Below, piece after piece: positions 13,221 to 26,600 of a stretch of DNA of 64,000 nt. The DNA comes from Macrostomum lignano (Eukaryota). The translations under genes and the position numbers were made by a program. The stretch spans positions 101,992 through 165,991 of the forward strand of contig NIVC01000105.1 of assembly GCA_002269645.1 (NCBI GenBank), written 5' to 3'. The number at the start of each line of letters is the position of its first letter. Positions within the stretch are counted from its first letter, which is position 1. The notes under the pieces are model-generated. The model was not told the origin of the DNA. It was given only the letters and a program-made list of their open reading frames with translations, and searched no databases.

Positions 13221-13939
13221 TAAGAAAAAAGAAGACAGCTGAGAGGACAATCCTTGAATGTGCCAGATTGCTATTGTGGAGTTTCAAAGGACCCGAGGGC
13301 CGGATAGAGAGGCTTCGCGAGACGGAGTTAGCCTACCCCTGCTCCAGAGAGTCCACCCAGAGGTCCATGAGGCGAAGCGAAAATCGACAAAAAGAAAATC
13401 ATAATCGACTGGGCTGGGAGTGGACACCTGCATTTGGTGTCCCATTTCTGTGTCTCCAAGTCATCTGCCACCAAAATTTATCTCTTTTTCTGATTAAAGA
13501 GTAATTATATAGTTTTAGCAGAATTTAATTATCTAGATACTTAAAAGAATAATCAATTCGAAAAAGAGGCAGTTTTTTACTGGTCTAAAATCTGTAATTT
13601 CCTGTAAGGTTGTTAAAACTTGAACAGTCGGACAGTACAAAAAATCACAGCAATCACACACACACAGTTGACACTTGACAGCAACTGGGAAAATTATCGA
13701 ACTATTGGGCTTCTCTCGTCCGTTCTTGTGCATTTTTTCGGCAGATAACAAAAAGCAGAAGCCCACTTCAAAGATTGGCATGACATGCCCAACTATGCAT
13801 GCGCTGGGCCACAAGCAGCATGCATTAACATTACATTTTAGCTATTACAACACAGCCAAGAGCCACTGTCTCTAACCCCACCCCAAGCCCTAAGCCACCC
13901 ACTATATTGCCATGCAAGGCCCTTTTTGGAACAATTATC

Positions 13940-14130
13940 AAGCCAATGGGGTTTCAATGAGAGAGAGAGAGAAAAAAAATAGACAGAAGCAGAGAGAGAG
14001 AGAGAGAGATAGACTGCCAGCCGCCACTGTCTCCGCTGCAGCCACAGCCGCCGCCGCGCGGCGCCGCCGTCGCCAGCGCCAACCTCCACGCCCCCCTAGT
14101 TGGATTGGCGAGCCCCCAGCGGCCCTTCCC
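13940..14130. promoter_or_regulatory. Promoter-like segment: CCAAT box, (GA)n run, GC/CpG-rich patch, inverted CCAAT
   Basis: agccaatg at 13941-13948, GA run about 13960-14010, ccgccgccgcgcggcgccgccg near 14048-14070, gattggc at 14103-14109. No transcript evidence. Confidence 0.3.
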
Positions 14131-17102
14131 TTTCGTCGGTCCAACATGGCACAGACGGCACAGACAGGCCGGTTCCCCACCTCCTCTTCCCCCTGTCATG
14201 TTTTAGGCCAGCCCCCCCCCCACCCAAATTGTCAATGGTCCACATGCCTGTCTACCCAGTGCCCGCTTGTGGTGGGTATCTGAGTGAGCGAGTGTGTCTG
14301 GCCCTGTGGCGACAGTCAGTCTCTGCCGATGCCAATCTCTCTCTCTGTGTGTGGTGTGTGTGTGTGTCAACCCCTCCTCCCTCCTTCACTCAGTCTGTAT
14401 ATGAATGAATTAGTGTATTGTGTAGGTAGCTATGCGCATTTCTGTTAGCATGCGACTGTAAAGGCCCCTCCTCTTTATGCCAAGCCATACATATAAATCT
14501 ATTATATTATAAGCATGTGGTGGATTGGCCTTACTCTCAAAGCGGGACAGGCAACCCCAAGTCAACGCTTGTTGTTGTGCTCTTCATCTGTCTCTCTCTC
14601 TCTATTTGACCAGTTGTAACTCTGTCGATCTGGTCCATAGCACAGTTGAGTGGGAGGACCGACTTACTTGATGAATGAAAGAAAAGATGGATTATCAACT
14701 AAAGTCTGCCCTGTGGTCTGATATGTTCTGGTATTAAGGATTAGATCTACCGGTATAAAAAAACTTCCCTATTGTTGTCATCTCGTGTGACACTTGACCG
14801 CGGCCCGCGGGCTATGATTTCATCCTTAAACTTAATAGAATAAATTTTAAAACGATTTCTAGAAAGGTTCCTAGACAGGATTCTCTGAAGGAGCTCATAC
14901 ACTTATTTATAGTCTTTTGATAACTTCGCTCTGGATATTTTGTAATGATCCGATTATTCTAGAAATATCAATTTACGAAGCCAAGGCGAGTGCGCAGTAA
15001 ATTTTAAAGTATTTTATTTTTCGATTTAAAAATCGAAGCATGCTACTCTTAGTAGAGGCTCTAGTAGCTGCAACGGCTTTTTAATCCAAAGAGTCGGCAA
15101 ACGATCAGACAGAGAAACCAGCTCATGACTGCGGGAAAGAGAGGGAAGAGAAGGAGTGGGAATAGAGAACAAAGAGCAGAAATAAAGAATGGAGAAAGGA
15201 ACAAGGTGTGGTAATAAAGTAGAAGCGAGTAGACAAGACATGAGGAGAGAGGAGAGAAGAGGAGAGACGAGAGACGAGAAAGACGGCCAGATTGCTACTA
15301 TGAAGTTTCAAAGGATCCGGAGAGCTGGATGGAGAGGCCCAATTTTAATGTATTTTTTTTTATTTTATGTTTCCTTTTTTCTTCTAAAATTTGGTCCACG
15401 ACAGCCACACGCCTTACGCGTCAGTTGTCGTCCAGCAATGGTATTGCATTGACGCAACGAATGAAAATAATTTATTTTTCTAATATACCCTAACCCTATT
15501 GAAGCTGCTTTCGGGCAGCCAAAAAGAGCCATTTGGCCAACGGGAAAAGGTCGATAGTGATATGCTGCTGGGGAATTGCGCAAAGCAAAACTGAAGCCGG
15601 ATTTCGAACGCGAGTGCAAGCACACACACACAGACAGGGACACACAATCACTTGCAGACAGTTTTGTTGTCTGCCGACAAAAACGCAATTTCAATTCCCT
15701 GTCTTTACGCCAACTTCTGTTGCCTAAAATCCAGTCTGTTCCGCGCGTCCCCACTCCCAGTGCTATAGGATTTCCCCGGAAGTGGGAGGTTCATTGGAAT
15801 GGCACAAACGGTGTTCAACACAACTGAATTGGCAAAATTCTAATCTAAGGACAAGGCTGCTATGCTATGGACAGCATCAGCCTATTACGCTTAGGTATGC
15901 GGTACGAGACCGAGACCTCTTCGCTCTGTAAGCTTGCTATCCTGATACCATAGCAACGTTATCTTTCTGAAGAAGTGAGGAATGGCAGTGCGAGAATGAA
16001 AATTATTTCCGTTATGAAGGGAAAAACTTGCTGGAAAGTCAAATCATTCTCTTTCTCCGTTTTTGCGTTTCGATAGGAAAATCTTTCCGCTTGGGGGGGG
16101 GGTTCAGATGAAAGGCCCGATGCAATATCAGCCTGAAATATCTTCGAATAGGAGGGAGTTTTGAAGGTCTAATCATTGAGCTCCATCTAGTCTCCATGTC
16201 GCTTCTATCGCCTCTGTGCATGGCGCAACCCCCAAAGCCAGTTAGTTGACCAGCTGTTGCGCTCTCGGGGAAGAATTATTGAAATATCCTACTTTCTGTT
16301 TTAGTTTTTGGGAATACGTGCTTTATAAATCCTTCGTAATGCTACATTTCTGCGAAGGTAAAACTGTAATCTGTCTGTCTGAGCTGAACTGCACCGAATG
16401 TTGCGCCCCTCATCTAAGGTGAATTGCATAATCCACAGATTTAGAGTTTTAAAGTTAAGACCCGGCACTCCTAATCTTTTCTGGTAATCTTGTGAAAGTA
16501 AGACAGAGCAAGCAAAGCAGAAATCGACATGCCTGGCCGTGTGGGGGCTTCAAGTATAACGCTTTCAGAAAAGTTGAAGAAGTTCTTGCTTGCGACAGAA
16601 AAATTTTTCCCCATTTTCTAAATCTGTTAAAACTTCGCGACTTCTTTAGTTTACTGACTTTAGTTTGTCTTCAGTTGAATTCACGATTGTCCTACCGAAG
16701 ACCCAGAAGCGTCACATGTCCCTGACCGTCAATTCTCCTGTTCGCTGCCCGACTAACTGCAGCTGGCTTTGCTGAACTAACCAGTGCCAGCCCCAAGTCC
16801 AGCCCACACGAGGGTTCCGTCTGTCGTTTCCTGGGGCTCCTATGATGATACATTCATGCATTCTATCTGCGATTCCCACAAAAGCTGGTCAAGTCCTGGC
16901 AAAGAGGAACTGCTGCTCTTTCAAGTCCGCTCAAAATCTTCACGATAATCTTGACATCAAAAGGCAAAGGCCAAAGTTACAATTTCTTCAAAAAATCAAT
17001 AGTAATGACTCATTTAATAAAAAATGAGCTCATTTTAGAAAGTTAGGAATACATACCCACTGGCGTAGCCATGATTTCTAAATTCTAATTAGGGTATATT
17101 GC

Positions 17103-18184
17103 GCCACCAAGGGGCCACCAAGGGGCGCCAAGCACCAAGGGGCGCCAAGCACCAAGGGGCGCCAATTAGCACCAAGGGGCGCCAAGCACCAAGGGGCGCC
17201 AAGCACCAAGGGGCGCCAAGCACCAAGGGGCGCCAAGCACCAAGGGGCGCCAAGCACCAAGGGGCGCCAAGCACCAAGGGGCGCCAAGCACCAAGGGGCG
17301 CCAAGCACCAAGGGGCGCCAAGCACCAAGGGGCGCCAAGCACCAAGGGGCGCCAAGCACCAAGGGGCGCCAAGCACCAAAGGGGCGCCAAGCACCAAGGG
17401 GCGCCAATTAGCACCAAGGGGCGCCAATTAGCACCAAGGGGCGCCAAGCACCAAGGGGCGCCAATTAGCACCAAGGGGCGCCAAGCACCAAGGGGCGCCA
17501 AGCACCAAGGGGCGCCAAGCAACAAGGGGCGCCAAGCCACAAGGGGCGCCAAGCACCAAGGGGCGCCAAGCACCAAGGGGCGCCAAGCACCAAGGGGCGC
17601 CAAGCACCAAGGGGCGCCAAGCACCAAGGGGCGCCAATTAGCACCAAGGGGCACCAAGCACCAAGGGGCGCCAAGCACCAAGGGGCGCCAAGCACCAAGG
17701 GGCGCCAAGCACCAAGGGGCGCCAAGCACCAAGGGGCGCCAAGCACCAAGGGGCGCCAATTAGCACCAAGGGGCGCCAAGCACCAAGGGGTATCAAGCAC
17801 CAAGGGGCGCCAAGCACCAAGGGGCGCCAAGCACCAAGGGGCGCCAAGCACCAAGGGGCGCCAAGCACCAAGGGGCGCCAAGCACCAAGGGGCGCCAAGC
17901 ACCAAGGGGCGCCAAGCACCAAGGGGCGCCAAGCACCAAGGGGCGCCAAGCACCAAGGGGCGCCAAGCACCAAGGGGCGCCAAGCACCAAGGGGCGCCAA
18001 GCACCAAGGGGCGCCAAGCACCAAGGGGCGCCAAGCACCAAGGGGCGCCAAGCACCAAGGGGCGCCAAGCACCAAGGGGCGCCAAGCACCAAGGGGCGCC
18101 AAGCACCAAGGGGCGCCAAGCACCAAGGGGCGCCAAGCACCAAGGGGCGCCATCTGAGGCGCCAGCACCAAGGGGCGCCATCTG
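17103..18184. repeat. 17-bp GC-rich minisatellite (gcaccaaggggcgccaa), family also at 43.8 kb and 46-47 kb
   Basis: About 60 copies, some with a ttag insertion. Confidence 0.95.
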
Positions 18185-20191
18185 GCACCTTTTATAAGCA
18201 CACGCATAAGCAGGTCACGCAGGTGTATAGCATATTTTTCTTATATACAATATTGGATATTTTTGTGGACTCCTAGGACCTATGGGCGTCTATCCGTTTA
18301 AATTGCAAAACTGTTTCTAGACTCTAACTCATAAAGATAATAGTGCAGAATACAAAATATTTATCATGAAGCAATAAATTATAACACTCCAGTCTGTCTG
18401 TCTGTCTCGACTCTCTTCCCACAAATGAAACTCTTCGAAGTGAATGAAGTCAATTTTTTCAACAATAGGCCACCAAGCGCCATCCAGGGTCCCAGACGAA
18501 CTAAGAAATTGCTCCTAATATAATTTTGTTAGTCGGGTTCTCTTGAACTCGAAATTAAGCAGTTTTAGTTCACAAACCAAAGACGAACTTTAGAAAGAGT
18601 CTTAAGAAGTCCCAACATGCGAAGGAAAGCTGGTTCACTCTGCAATTAATCAACTTTGCTGCCGGAATTTTACAATTGCTAACACAAAGCCGCAGTCTAA
18701 TAGGCTCGTAAACTTCAAAAAGCGCCTCCTACCAGTTGAAACCTGCATCGTAAAACTTTTAAGCAAAGCAAACCGCATAAATAAGATCACAGAAGAAGAT
18801 AGTTGCCCAGGCTTTTCGTGCTCCATATTGACGGAGTATTTTGATACTGTTGCACTGTCCAAATAGTCCAAAAAAGCCTTTATCACCAAGGAGACAGACG
18901 GACCCTTGCATCTCTACACTTGGTTGGCAACAAAGATTTAGTAAACTACCTGCTTTAACATAAAAGATGATTTCCCCAGGAGACTCTTCCAGGACCCCAA
19001 GTCTGGCCCCTCGAAAATGATATTTCCTTCTAAGAAGATTGACGATGTTTCTCTAAGACCTGTGGGGCGGCGGGCCGAACAAAAATGCATTGGTAGGGGC
19101 TAGACATACACACAGGATAAGATGCCGGCATCTCCTCTTTCGCTTTGGATTGGCTGCTGGGACTCTATACGGGGAGAATTTTTTGTGAAAAGGAAAGAGA
19201 CCAAGGCAGAAGGAGAGAGGGCAAGAGTGAGGAGTAAGCTTGGGGTTGGCTGTATCGCGACATTTGTAGATGCATTTTGGTTGGCTGCCTGGTTTTGGGA
19301 AGCTCACAAAGCATAATGTAGCTTCTCGTATACAAGTCTCCACTGGCCTCCTCACAGAGCTTAATTGTGACAAGCTAACAATAAGAGAGGCGCACTGCTC
19401 CTGTTCCATTTAACCAAAACGAACGCATTTCTAAAGAATTTCTAAGCCCTCCAGCCAGCCGCAGCTTTTACAACAAGTCGGGGTGTTTAGGAAGCGACAA
19501 TACAAAACAAGTGGAATTCTCTTGTCAACGAGGCGACAGACCCCAGGCCCCCGACAGACTATTCAGTGTCAGCTATCGCTACAGTTAAACACCACACAAC
19601 AATCGCTGCTACACAGAGAGAGACGTTAAGCTAGCGATCTTGCTACTGGCGCGAGAGAAGAATTATAAAAGGACGACAGAGAGGAGACCAAAGGAGCGAG
19701 ACACATTAAGACACAGCTGGCTGCCTTTCAATAGATAACCTGCTGGATCCGTACAACATTTGCGAAGTAGCAGCGCATCATAGGTTTAGAATTTAGCTTG
19801 CTCCAACTTGAAGCAAGTAGCAGCCAAAAACCTACAGGCTACAGCTAATCTGTAGCGGAACTGCAGAAGTCAGCAACCAAACATTCGATACGTTTCCCAG
19901 GCTTCTAGGATCCTCTAGCTAGGAACTTGCGAATGTAACTCTTTATAATAAAGAGCTATATCGTAGCAGAGCCTGAGAGAGAGAAAGAGAAAGAACGACC
20001 GCTTCCATCCACTTCAACGATTTTCGAAACCCAAGCCGCCCCCCTCAAAAATAAGACCCGAATTCGGGACAACGAGCCCACAAGGAAACCAGGAGAGCAA
20101 AACAGTCCGCAAGATCGAGCCTGTACAAATATATAAGCCGAATCGAAGTCAACCATCAGCTGATCAAGTCAGCCGGTCCAAGATCTTCAAA

Positions 20192-20684
20192 ATGCATTCC
20201 GCTGGGCTGTCAACAGCAGCGTGCACTCTAGTCACCTTCCTGATCAGCTTATCGTTGTTTTCTGCAACGGCTTTGGAAAATAAAATTTCAGGCAATCAAG
20301 TGCCGGAAATCAGCAACAGGGAGGCGACGCTATCGTCCGCACCAAAGCTGGTCATCCAGCCGCGGCCGTTGTACTACACCTCGGTGAAGACTCCGGCAGT
20401 GATCGAGTGCGCGGCAGACACGTCCTCATACGTCACCATCCTGTGCAACGGTCGTGTGCTCAACCGCAAGCTGGAGATCATGTCCGATCACGAACGGCCT
20501 GGTCGGCAGCGATTCTCGGTGCCAATCGAATTCGCCGACGTTCAACAATGGAAAGCGGCTGGCGGCGACGGCGAAGCGAGCGGCGAGGAGTTCTACTGCA
20601 ATTGCGAGGCCTGGAACCACATACCGCAGCTCAACAACACCCTGAGAAAGATTGTCAGTCGAAGGGCGCTGGTTCGTATGGCAG
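20192..20684 (+). CDS. unc-5: unc-5 exon 1: signal peptide and Ig1
   Basis: caaaATG; hydrophobic core; ECAAD...ILCNG...YCNCEAWN; donor g|gtaagc, phase 1. Confidence 0.92.
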
Positions 20685-23600
20685 GTAAGCGACTTCTAGT
20701 TTAAACTTTAAAATGTACCTCGATTGGCTTGTATTGAATCATGAATATCTTCAATTGATTATAATTTAATTAGCAATTCCATTATTTACGAAGAATTATG
20801 AATATTTTTTAGTAACAAATGTATTCAGTTACAAATTGTACCGATGAATCAAAGCTGAAGCTCCCTATTGACGATGCAAGTACTCCAAATAGAATTCACC
20901 CACACTAGGGCATTTCTAATGAGACTATGTACATCGAAAACGTACAGACATTTTTAGCAATACATTTCGTAAAAGTCGCTTTAATATTAGGGGGGGGGGC
21001 AGAAATTCGGGTCACTAGTCGTTGATTTCTAAATTTACTACTGGCAGAGCCATACAGGAAATGATTGCGAATTTGCACCTGCGCAAAATGGAGCCATAAA
21101 GCACAGGTGGCTTCGGGAATATTTTCGCGCAAATTTCATCAAATCTAGAATAGTAAAATTGCAAGAAGATTGTGCGTAGAAGCATGGTGGATTAAGATTG
21201 TAATCGATTATTTCCGGTTCTATAGTCTATTTAAATGCGAATAAATGCTAGCGGGAAGGGGGGCGCTGAAAAGGCTATGGAATGCGCGTGTGACTGCACG
21301 AGGCTGAAGCAGAAAAGACAGACCGACACAGAGAGGTCTGTTGAAAAAGAGATTTTGATGACAGAAGAAGCAAAGCAATAATCAAAAGAGAGAAGGCCTT
21401 AGGTCTTGCACGCATCCCTGGGCAATGACAGCACGCTTGAGTTGAGCGAATAAATAGTGTATACATCAACATATAAATTTAGTATTATTTAGCTTTATAA
21501 TACTGCAGGCCTCTCTTTTAGTTTGTGCTCCAGTTGGGTCTGTTGCGCATCATTGAACAGTGGAGAAGGCTTCGAGAATGGACCCCCCCCCACCTTAGCC
21601 AAGGGTAAAGGACCAGACTGAAGTGAACTCAGAGGCAAAAGATGATCGATTTTAGGGACGAAAGCGAGAAATCATGCCACGCTTTCGCGAAAAGAAAACT
21701 TTGAATTGAACCGTATCATTAATAGCATTGGCATGCAGGTTAGTCATCATTTGATTACGCGCGTAGATCTGCTTAATTTTTTTATGCATTTGAGTGCATT
21801 GCATAGGGATCTGCTTGTAAATTAAACAGCTCGATTAAGATTCAAGTCGAGTGTTTAATGAAAAACACAGCGACAAGACAAAGCGGAGTAGGTAGAAGCT
21901 GAGCAAGCCACTTCAACAAGAATCTCGCTCCACTCACTTGCTAGCAAACAGTCCCAAAGCCAGTGGAGAAGTGAAAAAGAAAAAAAGGCAAAAAATTCTA
22001 GGCAAGGGAGGGTACTTTACTACGAGAACAACCTGACTCGGGCAATCCGTCCAGCCCTTTCCCTTGTGCAAACAGCTTATGGAATATTTCCTTCGCTTTT
22101 GCGTGTAATACGAGGATCATGCTGCCATGTCTTAGTCAGTCAGTCAGTCATTAACCATGCAGGGCCAAGTCAAGTCAAGTCAAGATACTCCACGGCTTTG
22201 AACAAGTGCTCAACCTACTCAGCATATAGCACTGCATAGCAGTTCTCAATTCCTAAAGCCATGCGCATAATAGGGTAAATAATACAATCGTAATTTATTA
22301 AGCATTGGGGTCCTAGTTGGCTTGTAGAGATGCTAGGCCAGTGGTATATGAAATAGACAGATGCAGATAGACAGAATGAAGCGAAATATTAGGGGGGTGT
22401 TGAGAGAGTGTGAGAAAAAAACCCGACAATTTAAGCTGGCTTGTCACGACATATGCACTCCGTACCTTCACCAACCATTGTTCGGTTCTTCTCTGGTCCT
22501 CTCTGTGATACATTCATTCTCTAACCCTTGCCTTATTAAATGTGTCAGTTTAGCTCTGATGCTAATACGCTTGCATACATATTTATTATTGGCTTAGAAT
22601 TTGCCAAATTGTATTCTTCAGCAGGGTGTGTGTATGTGTTGTGTATTAATAAAAACGTATACCTGAGATGGGTAATTAGATATTACTTGCCACACAGGGC
22701 AGGCCACATCTGAAATCTCGCATTGTTATGACGCTATTGTGCGCTTGTTTCTAATAGCCCGCGAAATTTTAGCTTCAGCTCTGCATAGGTGCAAACGATG
22801 ATAGAATTACAGGTTGGGTTTACTAGCAGTCTGGGGCTTGAAATGAATTTTAAAGTTAAGCTCCATTTGAAGTTCATTTCAATAATATTGTCATTTAATA
22901 TTTTCTACCGTCTCTCTTATTTGAAGCGTTCGAGTCTGACCGGTTCCAGTTCGACCCGGTGCCAATGAATGTGTCCAAATCTGCCAATAGCGTGATCCTG
23001 TCCTGCACTCCTCCGAAAGGGACGCCGAAACCACAGGTAAGAATCATACGATGAGGATGAGGCGCTGGGAGGATGTCAGAGTTGCTAGGAGGATCTCAAA
23101 GTTTCTAAAAGGATGTCGGAGTTGCTAGAAGGATGTCAGAGTAACTAGAAGAATTTCAGAGTTTCTATAAGGATGTCAGAGTAACTAGAAGAATGTCAGA
23201 GTCGCTAGAAGGATGTCAGAGTTGCTAGAAGGATGTCAGAGTTTCTATAAGGATGTCAGAGTCGCTAGAAGGATGTCAGAGCTTCTATAAGGATGTCAGA
23301 GTTTCTATAAGGATGTCAGAGTAACTAGAAGAATGTCAGAGTCGCTAGAAGGATGTCAGAGTTGCTAGAAGGATGTCAGAGTTTCTATAAGGATGTCGGA
23401 GTCGCTAGAAGGATGTCAGAGTTGCTAGAAGGATGTCAGAGTAACTAGAAGGATTTCAGAGTCGCTAGAAGGATGTCAGAGTTGCTAGAAGGATGTCAGA
23501 GTTTCTATAAGGATGTCAGAGTCGCTAGAAGGATGTCAGAGTCGCTAGAAGGATGTCAGAGTTTCTAGAAGGATGCCAGAGTTGCTATAAGGATGTCAGA

Positions 23601-26600
23601 GTTGCTAGAAGGATGTCAGAGTTGCTAGAAGGATGCCAGAGTTGCTAGAACGATGTCAGGGTTGCTAGAATGATGTCAGAGTTGCTAGAAGAATGTCAGA
23701 GTCGCTAGAAGGATGCCAGAGTCGCTAGAAGGATGTCAGAGTTGCTAGAAGGATGCCAGGGTTGCTAGAACGATGTCAGGGTTGCTAGAATGATGTCAGA
23801 GTTGCTAGAAGAATGTCAGAGTCGCTAGAAGGATGCCAGGGTTGCTAGAACGATGTCAGGGTTGCTAGAATGATGTCAGAGTTGCTAGAAGAATGTCAGA
23901 GTCGCTAGAAGGATGCCAGGGTTGCTAGACCTCTGAAAGACATGATAGAAAAGTGTGGTAGGATAATTTCAGCGGTGCTAGAAGAGAAACGGGGTCGGGG
24001 AAGAACCTGCCAGTTGTTTTTGAGCTTTCACTGAAGGGGGATGCGAAGCACCATTCAGACAGACCTTAGCTCAGTCGCCAGACAGGCGACAGATGGCCCT
24101 CCTGAGGGGTGAATTTTATCGATGCTTTATGCCTCAGATGAGGATTCTGGCTGTCTGGACATAAATAATCCCCATAATTAATAGTTCGAGCGGCATAGGG
24201 GGGGGGGCTTTCGGTCGATCGAAGCAAGGAGTGGATACACTTCTTCTGCCCGTCTGCTCCCCGAGGCCCTCAGGATCCGACAAGACAAAGACGGCAATAC
24301 TCAGGAAACACAAATTTATTACCACCCCCATGTGTTAAATATTAATTATTTATCGTTCTGTTTTGCTACACTCCGCTTCTCTCCCCGAGGATAAATCGAA
24401 AATTGAGTGCCAGCTAGCTTAGTCCCAACTCCGAAAGGAACCCCCCGTCGAGTCAAGTAAAGACTAGAAATTATCTTTGCGTGACGCCAAGGTTTAGGTT
24501 AGGTTAAGGTGAAGATTGTGTCACCTTGCATCATTTAACAGCTCAGCAGGGCGCCTCTTCAACAATTCGACGATGGCTTCTGGGGTTCTTTGGAGCCCCC
24601 CAGGTCCCCCCAAGTCTCCTAGACCTCTGCTTCCAGGTGCTACATAATTAGCAACAGTTCCAGTTTAAAGTTTTTTTGTAGTACTTACCTGTAACCTTTA
24701 ACCCTGTCAAAAAAACCCATCATTTTGGTCAGGTGAAATGGTTAAAAGACGGCCAACCACTGGACATGGCGGCCCTGGGTGACCGCGTCACCATCGACCA
24801 TCAGAAGCAGCTCATCATTCGGCCCCTGGAGTTGCACGACCGGGGCAACTACAGCTGCGTGGCCGAGCTGCCGGGTCTGCAGCTGCACTCCAGGCCCGCC
24901 GAGCTGTGGATTCGCGGTGAGTTGTGCCACTCTGCCCTGTCTAACAGGTGTGGCACTCTGCCCTGTCTAACAGGTGTGGCACTCTGCCCTGTCTAACAGG
25001 TGTAGCACTCTGCCCTGTCTAACAGGTGTGGCACTCTGCCCTGTCTAACAGGTGTGCCACTCTGCCCTGTCTAACAGGTGTGGCACTCCGCCCTGTCTAA
25101 CAGGTGTGCCACTCTGCCCTGTCTAACAGGTGTAGCACTCCGCCCTGTCTAACAGGTGTGGCACTCCGCCCTGTCTAACAGGTGTGGCACTCCGCCCTGT
25201 CTAACAGGTGTGCCACTCTGCCCTGTCTAACAGGTGTAGCACTCCGCCCTGTCTAACAGGTGTGGCACTCCGCCCTGTCTGTGTCTAACAGATGACACTA
25301 TCCCCTGTCTAACAGGTGTGACACTATCCCCTGTCTAACAGGTGTGGCACTATCCCCTGTCTAACAGGTGTGACACTATCCCCTGTCTAACAGGTGTGAC
25401 ACTATCCCCTGTCTAACAGGTGTGGCACTATCCCTGTCTAACAGGTGTGACACTATCCCCTGTCTAACAGGTGTGGCACTATCCCCTGTCTAACAGGTGT
25501 GACACTATCCCCTGTCTAACAGGTGTGACACTATCCCCTGTCTAACAGGTGTGACACTATCCCCTGTCTAACAGGTGTGGCACTATCCCCTGTCTAACAG
25601 GTGTGACACTATCCTCTGTCTAACAGGTGTGACACTATCCCCTGTCTAACAGGTGTGACACTATCCCCTGTCTAACAGGTGTGACACTATCCCCTGTCTA
25701 ACAGGTGTGACACTATCCCCTGTCTAACAGGTGTGACACTATCCCCTGTCTAACAGGTGTGGCACTATCCCCTGTCTAACAGGTGTGACACTATCCTCTG
25801 TCTAACAGGTGTGACACTATCCCCTGTCTAACAGGTGTGACACTATCCCCTGTCTAACAGGTGTGACACTATCCCCTGTCTAACAGGTGTGACACTATCC
25901 CCTGTCTAACAGGTGTGACACTATCCCCTGTCTAACAGGTGTGACACTATCCCCTGTCTAACAGGTGTGACACTATCCCCTGTCTAACAGGTGTGGCACT
26001 ATCCCCTGTCTAACAGGTGTGACACTATCCCCTGTCTAACAGGTGTGACACTATCCCCTGTCTAACAGGTGTGGCACTATCCCCTGTCTAACAGGTGTGA
26101 CACTATCCCCTGTCTAACAGGTGTGACACTATCCCCTGTCTAACAGGTGTGACACTATCCCCTGTCTAACAGGTTTGGCACTATCCCCTGTCTAACAGGT
26201 GTGACACTATCCTCTGTCTAACAGGTGTGACACTATCCCCTGTCTAACAGGTGTGACACTATCCCCTGTCTAACAGGTGTGACACTATCCCCTGTCTAAC
26301 AGGTGTGACACTATCCCCTGTCTAACAGGTGTGACACTATCCCCTGTCTAACAGGTGTGGCACTATCCCCTGTCTAACAGGTGTGACACTATCCTCTGTC
26401 TAACAGGTGTGACACTATCCCCTGTCTAACAGGTGTGACACTATCCCCTGTCTAACAGGTGTGACACTATCCCCTGTCTAACAGGTGTGACACTATCCCC
26501 TGTCTAACAGGTGTGACACTATCCCCTGTCTAACAGGTGTGACACTATCCCCTGTCTAACAGGTGTGACACTATCCCCTGTCTAACAGATGACACTATCC

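Noticed and set aside
15944-15957. RFX X-box-like gataccatagcaac
   Set aside because: One half-site mismatches the GT start of the consensus, and it is far from any supported start site.
17078-18207. APLGAWRPLVLGAPWC repeat ORFs (also 46025-46440)
   Set aside because: GC-rich minisatellite lacking stops; unit length not a multiple of 3.
18725-19350. Identical PVETCI peptide on opposite strands
   Set aside because: A six-residue match is expected many times by chance across six frames of 64 kb; flanks do not align.
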